Position numbers and translations under genes: made by a program. The notes beneath the pieces are model-generated. The model was not told the DNA's origin. It worked only from the letters and a program-made list of their open reading frames with translations, and ran no database searches. Shown here piece by piece: positions 26,449 through 36,383 of a DNA stretch of 64,000 nt (within the stretch, counting starts at the first letter, position 1; every line of letters begins with the position of its first letter). This DNA is from Octopus bimaculoides (taxonomy: Eukaryota): contig NC_069002.1 of assembly GCF_001194135.2 (NCBI RefSeq), positions 13,063,708 to 13,127,707 of the forward strand, given 5' to 3'.

Positions 26449-28520
26449 NNNNNNNNNNNNNNNNNNNNNNNNNNNNNNNNNNNNNNNNNNNNNNNNNNNN
26501 NNNNNNNNNNNNNNNNNNNNNNNNNNNNNNNNNNNNNNNNNNNNNNNNNNNNNNNNNNNNNNNNNNNNNNNNNNNNNNNNNNNNNNNNNNNNNNNNNNNN
26601 NNNNNNNNNNNNNNNNNNNNNNNNNNNNNNNNNNNNNNNNNNNNNNNNNNNNNNNNNNNNNNNNNNNNNNNNNNNNNNNNNNNNNNNNNNNNNNNNNNNN
26701 NNNNNNNNNNNNNNNNNNNNNNNNNNNNNNNNNNNNNNNNNNNNNNNNNNNNNNNNNNNNNNNNNNNNNNNNNNNNNNNNNNNNNNNNNNNNNNNNNNNN
26801 NNNNNNNNNNNNNNNNNNNNNNNNNNNNNNNNNNNNNNNNNNNNNNNNNNNNNNNNNNNNNNNNNNNNNNNNNNNNNNNNNNNNNNNNNNNNNNNNNNNN
26901 NNNGTGTTTACGTCCCCGTAACTTAGCGGTTCGGCAAGACAGACCGATAGAATAAGTACTAGGCTTCCAAAGAAGAAGTCCTGGGGTCGATTTGCTCGAC
27001 TAAAGGCGGTGCTCCAGCATGGCCACAGTCAAATGACTGAAACAAGTAAAAGAGTAAGGTGAAGCAGGAAGATTTGCCTCCCTTGCTACATGGGTGTTTA
27101 CTGTCAGCTTTAACTAAGGGGAAGTTATTTAGTTATGTCTTGTTGAGAATTTAATTCTATGGAAAAATACTCCCCGTGATGTAAGGTGGCTGTTGAAACC
27201 TGTGGCTGGCCATTCTCTGTGGCAAGGCCTTTGGAATCTTGTCCACAAAATGCGGCTGAACATGCCATTTAATCTGAAGTGTACAACCTGTAACTTTCTC
27301 CACCTTTTTTTCTCTTTTTTCATTGTTTCCTTGGTGAGGTAATCTTGTTTTTTTTCTCTTTTACTCGATAACTTGTATTTTTTTGAATTTTCAGGAAGTT
27401 CTAAACAGGAATTCATACAATTTTTTAAAATTCTTTTATTTCAGTCACTTGACTGCGGCCATGCTGGAGCACTGTCGTGAAGTACTTTTGTCGAACAATT
27501 TGACTCCAGGACTTTTTTTTGAGACTAGTATTTTTTCTATCGGTCTTTTTGCCGAACTGCTAAGTTAAAGGAAAATAAACACATACATAAAGATTACATA
27601 TAAAAATTTTTTTTTGTAATTTAAAGGCGATTTAGCTGGTGTTTTTAACACATCCCACGACTATCTGATATCTTCCTTGTTGCTTTATCATTGACATTGT
27701 GAGATTTAAGCAATAAATTCGGACTGTTGGTATTTTTTTTTTAAATTCAAAAAAGAGTGGAAATTTTAAGANNNNNNNNNNNNNNNNNNNNNNNNNNNNN
27801 NNNNNNNNNNNNNNNNNNNNNNNNNNNNNNNNNNNNNNNNNNNNNNNNNNNNNNNNNNNNNNNNNNNNNNNNNNNNNNNNNNNNNNNNNNNNNNNNNNNN
27901 NNNNNNNNNNNNNNNNNNNNNNNNNNNNNNNNNNNNNNNNNNNNNNNNNNNNNNNNNNNNNNNNNNNNNNNNNNNNNNNNNNNNNNNNNNNNNNNNNNNN
28001 NNNNNNNNNNNNNNNNNNNNNNNNNNNNNNNNNNNNNNNNNNNNNNNNNNNNNNNNNNNNNNNNNNNNNNNNNNNNNGGATTACATGGGCTGCTTAAACC
28101 AGAATGCCACCCTTTTACATTCGTTTTTCTTATTTCATTTATTTTTCCCCAGTAAAAATATGTTACTAAATAAAACTATCAGTATCTTAAAAAAAAAAGA
28201 ATTATGAAGATAATTCTATGATCCAACTTCATTAGACAGAAAAAAAAAATTAGCATGCAACACTTAAGAGACAAAAATCCAGCTATAAATTCTTTTCTTT
28301 TTTACTGACAGGTTTCAGTCACTGGAATTATGGCCTTCCTGGGACACTATCTTCGAGTGTTTCAATCACTCATTTCGACGTCAACACTAATTTCTTGCAC
28401 TTGATGGTATAAAAGATGCACTTTCCCCCCCACCACAAAAAACCGTCTAAAAAATATAATTAAAAAATACCCCCATCCCCTGTCCTATATGTAAAGTTAG
28501 GTCTATATTACATGATTTAA

Positions 28521-28728
28521 CCCTTTAGCATTTAAACCAGCCAAAATATTCAGCCCTGTTTTATCTTCAAACTGGTCAGATCCGGCCTCTCACAGTTCTA
28601 CAATATTAGTCTAAAAATAAACAATTACATCATTGAAATCTCAAAGCTACAACGTAATGCATGGCTAATTCAAATCAATATGAATAAATAAGCATTACAT
28701 TTGACAGAAAAATTTGAATGCTAAAGGG
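28521..28728. mobile_element. piggyBac-type MITE (TIR CCCTTTAGCATT)
   Basis: TTAA|CCCTTTAGCATT ... AATGCTAAAGGG|TTGA; a second copy at 55380-55958 is flanked by TTAA and interrupted by a family-B SINE. Confidence 0.8.
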
Positions 28729-29250
28729 TTGATGGCACCAAAATTTTTTTTTTCTTTATCTGAGTATACACTGCAGAAATTACGGTGCATCTAATATACC
28801 CCTGCATCTTTTATGCAGTCAAATATGGTATTTTTTTATCTCTGTCAAACCATAAAGTTATAGGACACATATACACATTCTGTTTTCAGATCTACATCTA
28901 CATTCTTCAGATTTAAATATAGCAGACATGGTGAACTTGACCACAAAGCAAAAGTTGTTCCTTAAGGCTTAATAAAGATATTCATGCTGTTTTTATCTAT
29001 TTTCCTTTGTATTCTTGTACCTTACATGTTAGTGAAACCTCCCAGAAATAGCTACCTAAGCTCCCTCAAGCCACTGTATAATCTTGAGCAAAGAAGAACA
29101 CACTGGACAACAGAAAGAAGATATGACTCTACTAATGATTGAAGGGTCAAAAGCTGGAGTGACTTGTGAATTGCTGAAAAAGTATAACAGGTGCATATTT
29201 CATTGTTAGTTTTAAAAAATGGTTCCCCCAACATCATCCCTGAAACTTAC

Positions 29251-29397
29251 CTCCATTCTGTGGACGTTGACCTTAAAATCTCCTTTTTTGGCCTTGCGGA
29301 TATTCTCTTCCATGACACCAATCTGCTCAAGCAAGCATTCAACAATTTCTGTTTTGGATTCAAGTAAAACAGGAGAGAACTTCTCGTTTAGCCATGC
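29251..29397 (-). CDS. GINS4: GINS4/SLD5 exon 2
   Basis: TAG acceptor, GTAAGT donor; AWLNEKFSPVLLESKTEIVECLLEQIGVMEENIRKAKKGDFKVNVHRME matches the SLD5 AWxNEKFAPELL motif. Confidence 0.96.
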
Positions 29398-30638
29398 CTA
29401 GAGGGTTGAAAAACAAAAAGAAAATTATGAAGAACAGGATGATGATGATGATGACAAACACTTTGTGGTAATGAGGTAGTGAGTTCAATTCTTGGACCAT
29501 GCTGTGTGTTGTGTTCTTGAGGAAGACACTTTATTTTCACGTTGCACCAGTTCACTCAGCTGTAGAAATGAGTTGCAACATCACTGGTGCCAAGCTGTAT
29601 CGGATTTTGCCTTTGCCTAGGATAACATCGGTGGCATGGAGTGGGGAGGCTGGAATGCATGGGTGATTGCTGGTCTTCTGTAAACGATTTTGCCCAGACT
29701 TGTGCCTCAGAGGGGAACTTTCTTGGTACAATCCTACAGTCATTTATGACCAAAGGCAGAACTGTTAGCCCAAAATGCTTAGTGGCATATTGTCTGTCTT
29801 TACATGTGGCTGCAAAGTGAACTTCTTAACCATGCAGCCATGGCTGCACCTCTATGCTTAATTATTTGTAATTTCATGATCATGATCATCATCACCCTCA
29901 TCATCTAACATCCATTTTCCATGCTGGCATGGGTTGGACAATTTGTCAGAGGACTGTGCCAAACTCTGAAGTCAGCTTTGGCATATTTTCTATGACTGGA
30001 TACCCTTCCTAATGCCAACCACTTTATAGAGTGTATTGAGTGCTTTAGAGAGAAACATTAAAATGCCTAATGCCAAATAAGCAATGACAAAACATCTCAG
30101 AGAAGGTGACTGTCCAATGACAAATTTAATGTTGTCAATTGAGTTGAGTGACAAAATAATTAAAACTTGAATTGATTTGAGATAAAAATTTCTGAGAAGG
30201 ACTGAACCATAAACACGAAGCTTTGAGTGAGTTAATTCCATGTTGAAAAAACTTCTTTGGCTGACTCTCAGTTTTTATCATTAGAGACAAGCTTTGGTGC
30301 AACCTGATTTTTATGTGAAAGTGGGTGTGCAGAAAACCCTGTTGAAACCTTTTGGATGGAATGCTTCTTGTAATACATAGTCTCAGTTAATCTATCTGAA
30401 ATATTTAGCCTCTAAGTTTGCAGTGATGTTCCAGTTGTGATTGTCTACTTATTTTGAAACATAACATACCAAGGATTATAGGCAGAGGTGTGGCTGTGTG
30501 GTAAGAAGTTTGCTTCCCAACCACATGACTCCAGATTCAGTCCCACTGCTTGGCACTTTGGGCAAGTGTCTTTTGATATAGCCTCAGGCCAACCAAAGCC
30601 TTGTGAGTAGATTCAGTAGATGGAAACCGAAACAAGTC

Positions 30639-31091
30639 GGTTCATATGGAACAGCCATGTTGAAGTGGTGACAAACATTACTTCTCAGTATAATTACTAC
30701 TTTTATCTCTTATAGAGATGTGCTAACTAGCTACTTAGCTTATTGCAAGACCAGTAACTCATTGGTACCTATTTTTCTATATATTGTGAGCTGCAGTAAA
30801 CTATTATCTCTAGCAGACAGGTGTCCAGCACTGAGGATGAACAAAAGTAGCTCAAAACCAGATGGTCAACTGGTCCTGTCAAGTTGTTAGAAGATGGTAG
30901 GGGTCCACTCCCTGCTTGCAATATATATATATATCAAGTACAGATTGCATTGATAACCAGCTAGAGGAAGCTTCCTCTTGGGGTTAAAAATGTTGGTTCA
31001 TATGGAACAGCCATGTTGAAGTAGCAACAAATATTACTTCTCTGTGTAGTTACTATTTTTATCTCTAACAGAGATTTTCTAACTAGCTACT
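30639..31091 (+). repeat. Partial tandem repeat (97-bp direct repeats, period 356 bp), Penelope/retrozyme-like
   Basis: GGTTCATATGGAACAGCCATGTTGAAGT...AACTAGCTACT at 30639-30735 and 30995-31091, with a decayed hammerhead between them. Confidence 0.7.
30816..30880 (+). ncRNA. Decayed type I hammerhead-like motif
   Basis: GACAG..CCAG-CA-CTGAGGA-T-GAAC(AAAAGTA)GCTC-AAAA-CCA(GA)TGGT-C-AA-CTGG..CTGTC; G12->A and proximal stem I mismatches. Confidence 0.5.
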
Positions 31092-31813
31092 TTACTGATA
31101 TGTGTGTGTGTGTTTGCCCCACCACTGCTTGACAACCAGAACTGGTATACTGTCTGTTTGTTGTTATCACATTTTGGCTGATGTACTCTCCAGCCTTCAT
31201 CAGGTGTTCTGGTGGAATTTCAAATCCAACCCTTTATTTGACTAATGGGGTACATTGTTCTCATTTCTAAGGTATGTCGCTGATGTTATTTTTTCTGTTG
31301 ATACTATTTATTTATTAGAATCCAAGGGTTAGTAGCCCACACTCTTATCCATTATATTATATGCCCGTGGGCATATGCATGTTTACATCGCTGTAATTCA
31401 GCTGGGACGTAAACACACCAACACCGGTTGTCAAGCGGTGATAGGGGACAAACATATACACATATATAATCGACGGGCTTCTATTAATTTCCGTCTACCA
31501 AATCCACTCAAAACGCTTTGGTCGACCCAAGGCTTATAGTAGATAGTATATAGGTGCCAGGCAGTGGGACTGAATCTGTAACCAGGTGGTTGGGAAGCAG
31601 GCTACTAAAGACTATTTCATGTTCCGCACAAATATTTTTTAATTACCTCGGCAGAATCGTCATCTAAGCATTCGTATAAAATATCTCTTCAAAATTTCCT
31701 TAAAAACCATGCATTACTAACAAAGTTATAAAAAAGCAAAATCGGTGGGAGAGTTGGGCACTAAACTGTAATCATACTAATAAATAACCAGTTATTAATT
31801 ATTAAAAACAAAC

Positions 31814-31906
31814 CTCTTCGAGTTTCGAGAGGACTTCATTAGCCGTCATAGGTTCGACATCTTCCTCATCACGACTGAAATCCAAAGATAGTCCAAGATC
31901 GGTCAT
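31814..31906 (-). CDS. GINS4: GINS complex subunit 4 (SLD5), exon 1 of 7
   Basis: ATG at 31906; MTDLGLSLDFSRDEEDVEPMTANEVLSKLEE then a GTTTGT donor; resembles the acidic SLD5 N-terminus (human ...LTPAELIERLEQ). The seven exons join in frame to 666 nt (221 aa + stop). Confidence 0.9.
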
Positions 31907-33117
31907 TACTGTGACGTTACCTCATTAACCGAAGTGACAAACCCAGATTAATTGAAGTTTGGCGCGCTTTCTCAAAGTCACATGACACACAACCACTCGA
32001 ACATACAACTGCACACGTCAGTTCCTTTCGGCTTCTTTGTTTTTCTTTCTCTCTTTTTTTTTTTCGGTCTCCTTCCTTCTTCCTTTCTCTTTGGTTTTTC
32101 CTTATTTCTTTCGTTCTCTTTCCTTCTTTCTTTTTTTTTCCTTTCTTTCTATTTTTCATTCCTTCTCTTTTCTGCTTTCCTGCCTTTCTTTTTCTCCCTT
32201 CTTTCTTCCCTTTTCTTTTCTGACTCTTCATTTCCTTTTTGTCTTTCTCTTTCTTTCATTCTTTTCTTTCTTCTCTTCTTTCACTATCTCATCTCAAAAA
32301 TCCTTGTATACTGATGACGAAAATCGCATTCAGTTTTTTTTTTTCTTTTTTCTCTTTTTAGAAATTAATAATAAAGAAGTTTCAAGTGTTTAAATTATAT
32401 TTAGCCAATCGAAAAGTCCCCTTGCCGATGTAGTCATGTTGTCATGGAGATCAGCTTACACAACGAAGTCGAAAACTTATAATCTTCTCTACTAGGCCTA
32501 AAATTTTGGGGAAGGGGTTAGTCCATTACATCGACCTAGTGCCCAATTGGTACTTAATTTATTAATTTAAAAAGCCTTAATAATAAACTGTAAGAAGGGA
32601 AACAGGAAAAATGAATGAAATATCTCTAAAATATTTTTTATAAATGTTAAAGATTTAAAAGAAAAATCAAAAGTTATGAAAGAGTGTTGGCTCGGTAAAT
32701 TTTCAGATTAACACCCGCACGATTTTCACTAGGGTGTTGGGGTTAGGGTTAGGGTTTTAGGGTTAGGTTAGGGTTTAGGGTTAGGTTAGGGGTTAGGGTT
32801 AGGGAATTCCGTCCCTAACCATAACCCTAAACCCAAACCCTGACCCTAAACCCTAAAACTAACCCTAACCCTGACCCTAACACCCTAGTGAAAATCGTGC
32901 GGGTGGGAGAGTCGTAAAAAGGAAGTACCAGCCACGCACTGGCTAAATACATAGTAGTAGTGGCAACAGCACACGTTGAGAACATTAGCAGTTGTAAACA
33001 ATACCAGACGTTGAGAACATTAGCAGCTGTATCAACAGCAGCAGTAGTCAAACGTTTGTTTTTCTTTCTTTTATAGTTTAATAATCACTCACGCGGAAAT
33101 ATAAACCTAGGTTTTGA
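31907..33117. promoter_or_regulatory. Bidirectional promoter/5'UTR region shared by GINS4 and FUCA
   Basis: Divergent start codons about 1.2 kb apart; CpG-containing segments at both ends; polypyrimidine tract 32030-32350; 19-bp direct repeat ACGTTGAGAACATTAGCAG at 32973 and 33008; acceptor-like TTTTATAG ending at 33076. Confidence 0.6.
32712..32905. mobile_element. 194-bp fold-back (MITE-like) element of head-to-head degenerate telomeric repeats
   Basis: Perfect 27-bp terminal inverted repeat CACCCGCACGATTTTCACTAGGGTGTT; (TTAGGG)n-like left arm, (CCCTAA)n-like right arm, centre GGAATTCC; no TSD evident. Confidence 0.8.
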
Positions 33118-33542
33118 ATGCAAGCCACGACAAAGATGGCTTCGGAGTTAAATGTGTCTGTTTGGAGGCCGTCATCGATATTATTCTTAGTTCTTATATT
33201 GTCTCTAACAAGTTTATCCTGGGACGTTGCAGCATTTCGGACCAGCGACTCTAGTGGTCCATACACACCCGATTGGCAATCTCTTGACACACGTCCCATA
33301 CCAAAATGGTATGACGAGGCCAAAATCGGCATCTTCCTACATTGGGGTGTGTTTTCTGTGCCCAGCTTTCGCTCTGCTTGGTTCTGGTGGTACCTTGTAG
33401 CGGAACAGAGTCCTGCCTATGTGAAATTTATGAAGGACAATTACAGGCCAGGTTTCACCTACCAGGATTTTGCTCCGATGTTCACCACAGAGTTTTACGA
33501 CCCAAACCAGTGGGCAGAAATATTTACTAAATCCGGTGCCAG
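33118..33542 (+). CDS. FUCA: alpha-L-fucosidase (GH29), exon 1 of 8, with signal peptide
   Basis: Hydrophobic signal ([13 protein letters not shown]) then [34 protein letters not shown]...YQDFAPMF...[10 protein letters not shown]; donor AG|GTTGTT. The start may be the second ATG at 33136. Eight exons join in frame to 1452 nt (483 aa + stop). Confidence 0.96.
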
Positions 33543-33832
33543 GTTGTTGTTTATTTTTGTTTCTCTTGTTAAATGATGTTGTTCCCCTGATCCAACACGA
33601 GTGTGACATTTGTCCAAGTCATGGCCTCATTTTTTCAATTACCAGGAAGGACATTGTAGCCATAGTTTTTATTATTATTATTCAAAGCCTATAAATGTTG
33701 GTTTGAGTTACATTCAATTGTTATTTCGGATCTATTCAATTTGACGTACAGACTTTTTAATTAATTTTTTTTTTAACTAAACACTTTGAAACTTCGGATA
33801 CTTGTAGAATGTGTCATGTAGAACTATTATTA

Positions 33833-33896
33833 GGTACTACTAAAGCAGCGCGGACCCGATTGCGCAGTCATGCGTCCGCGCTGCTTTAGTAGTACC
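33833..33896. repeat. Perfect 23-bp GC-rich inverted repeat with 18-nt loop
   Basis: GGTACTACTAAAGCAGCGCGGAC (33833-33855) / GTCCGCGCTGCTTTAGTAGTACC (33874-33896). Confidence 0.9.
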
Positions 33897-35508
33897 CTAT
33901 TATTATCTAATATTCTAAAGAAATACATACTTATAATCAATTTAATTTAACTTATAAACAACACTATACACAAATTAATATTATTAACTATTATCAAAAA
34001 CAATAAGATTAAACAATATATTTTATACTCAAATATAATTTAAATCTATATACCATTAAGAACTTATTATTTTTTATATTTAAATAATATTTATATATCA
34101 TACAAAACACACAAAAAGAAATTAATATATATATCCTGAGTTACAACTTGTAGAAAAATCAACAACCACAAACCCCAATACTCAATTTATAAAATTAATA
34201 CGATAATATTTCAATAATCACATGATCTCAATGTCTGAATCACATGTCATCATCCTTTATCACTCAACTATGACAAATTTAACTTACAGAACAAACATAT
34301 TGTCATATGACATTAAAGATGGGATGGGATGTATAGGAGGAGCTCACAAAAATTTATAAACCTAATCATGCAATTCTCCCCAGCCAATCAAAATATATTC
34401 AAAGTAAATACTAATTTGAGCCATGTTCTGTCTAGCAATGATCACGCTCGGCATGAGTCAGATGGAATTCATTAAGACAGATTTTCTATGACTGGATGCC
34501 CTTCCTGTCACTAATCTTCAACTGTTTCCAAGCAAGATAATATTTCCCCACAACCAGATATGTTTTTAGGGAAAACTGGAAATGAAAAAGTGTCCCTTAC
34601 ATGATAGTAACTTAACAGTTTGGCAAAAACGACTGAAAAAATAAGTACCTGACTGAAAAAAGAAAAATGGGTACTGGGGTTGAACAAACCCTTCAAGGCA
34701 ATGCTCCCAGCATGGTCATAGTTCAGTTAGTGGCTGAAACAATGAAAAAAGATAAATGAAAAACAAAAGGCATCGGAGGGTGGTGGTGGGGGCAATGCAT
34801 CCCCTGCATGTACACAAGGTTAAAATAAGATTTAATTTAATAAATATATTCTCAGATGAATTCATATTTCAAGAAAATGCCATCAAGAGGTATTTCCCCT
34901 GCTTATTGTTTATGCATATGTAATAAAGAAAAAAAACATTTTGTTTCACCTGTCTGCTAGTTTTGAAGATAATCAAACCAAAATTTGATGACTTCAAGCC
35001 ACTCACCCAGTGAGTATTTTTGCCAAATTTGGTGAAAATGCATTCAGCCGTTTTCCATTAATTTAGTAAACACACAGACAAACAGACTAAAACAACTGAC
35101 TACAATAACCCTGCTTCGTTTACACATGCAAGGTTAATTAATTGATTAACTCTTAAATAGCTGACATCATCAATTGATCTTTCATTAAAGAACAGTGGAC
35201 ATCATCAATTGATGTTTCAAAAATTTTACATGGATTCGGCCATTATCAAAGGAAAGTCAGTATTTTATGGCAGTTTTTAATAAGATTGTATTTAATAAGA
35301 TTTGTAATGAGATTGTAAATTTTATTGTGCAAAAGACTAACAATTATAGTTTTTTTTTTGTACTTATTTCAAGTGAAAATGAATATAAAAATTACTGTTA
35401 AGAAAAAAAGAGATTATTTTTGTTTTTTGCTCGTTTGGCACACACTTTCATACAACCCTTTCCTGCTGTTTAAGGGTTAATTTATTGCTTTCTAAATTCT
35501 TTTGTTAG

Positions 35509-35615
35509 GTACATTGTTCTAACAAGCAAACACCATGAAGGGTACACCAACTGGCCATCTAAATACTCTTGGAATTGGAACTCAAAAGCTGTGGGGCCAA
35601 AACGAGACCTTGTTG
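35509..35615 (+). CDS. FUCA: alpha-L-fucosidase exon 2
   Basis: TAG/GTTAGT; [35 protein letters not shown], the hallmark GH29 KHHEG motif. Confidence 0.97.
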
Positions 35616-35807
35616 GTTAGTTTATATTTTCCTGAAAATCTTCAACACTACCACCACTGTTATCCTCCTCCTCCTCCATTGGCATATTCTTCACTCTCAC
35701 ATCAGTATATTTATTCCTATCACTCCTTACACCCCACCAATACAACCACCACCAATACCTAACAAAACAATTACAGGTGACTTCTTTTTCTCTCCCTCAT
35801 CCTTCAG

Positions 35808-35935
35808 GTGAACTTGCAGCTGCCATCAAGAAGACTCCGATCCATTTTGGTCTGTACCATTCTCTCTTTGAATGGTTCCACCCCATTTATCTACAAGACA
35901 AAGCCAACAATTTTACAACCCAAAGGTTTGTTAGG
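35808..35935 (+). CDS. FUCA: alpha-L-fucosidase exon 3
   Basis: CAG/GTAAGT; [42 protein letters not shown]. Confidence 0.97.
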
Positions 35936-36123
35936 GTAAGTTCAGACCAATTCCTGCTTATCTTTGTCTGTCTATCTGTCTGTTAGTCTGCCTCTCTTTT
36001 AATCTGTGTGTCTTTTGACATGACTCCCATCACTATCGCATACAGATAGGAACAGATAAACATGAAACTCATAGATCCAACTTCTCTGTTCTTTTTTTTA
36101 AGTTCCTATCATTATTTTCTCTC

Positions 36124-36197
36124 TGCACTGATGAGTACTTTGATAATTTTCAAATTCAAATATGAATTTATATCTATGTTCGAAACAATTGTATGCA
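36124..36197 (+). ncRNA. Type I hammerhead ribozyme fold (HHR-A), sense strand of FUCA intron 3
   Basis: TGCA-CTGATGA-GTAC...GTTC-GAA-ACAATTGT-A-TGCA: full core, G10.1-C11.1 pair, palindromic stem III, GUA triplet; long stem II with an internal AAATTCA/TGAATTT hairpin. Confidence 0.68.
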
Positions 36198-36324
36198 TGA
36201 ATAAACTTCATACAACTTTTTAACATCTTATCTCCTCCATTTTTGACAAATATGATTGGATTTGTCGAACTTCATTCCATAAATTAATCATACACTTAAT
36301 ATATATAATTTAACCCTCGGCAAC

Positions 36325-36383
36325 GGAGTATTTGGTCACTGATGAAGATGGATTAAATCTGAAATCAGCGCTGATATGACTCC
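36325..36383 (+). ncRNA. Type I hammerhead ribozyme fold (HHR-B), sense strand of FUCA intron 3
   Basis: GTCA-CTGATGA-AGAT(GGATTAA)ATCT-GAA-ATCA(GCGC)TGAT-A-TGAC: full catalytic core, three stems, AUA cleavage triplet; stem I extends (GGA/TCC) across a 7-nt bulge. Confidence 0.8.

Noticed and set aside
28880-28912. Minus-strand CTGAAGA...GAAA (also CTGATGACGAAA at 32311)
   Set aside because: No valid stem II, stem III or stem I pairing; chance core words.
31917-32393. K/R-rich and F/S/L-rich ORFs between GINS4 and FUCA
   Set aside because: Products of a polypurine/polypyrimidine tract; no family motif.
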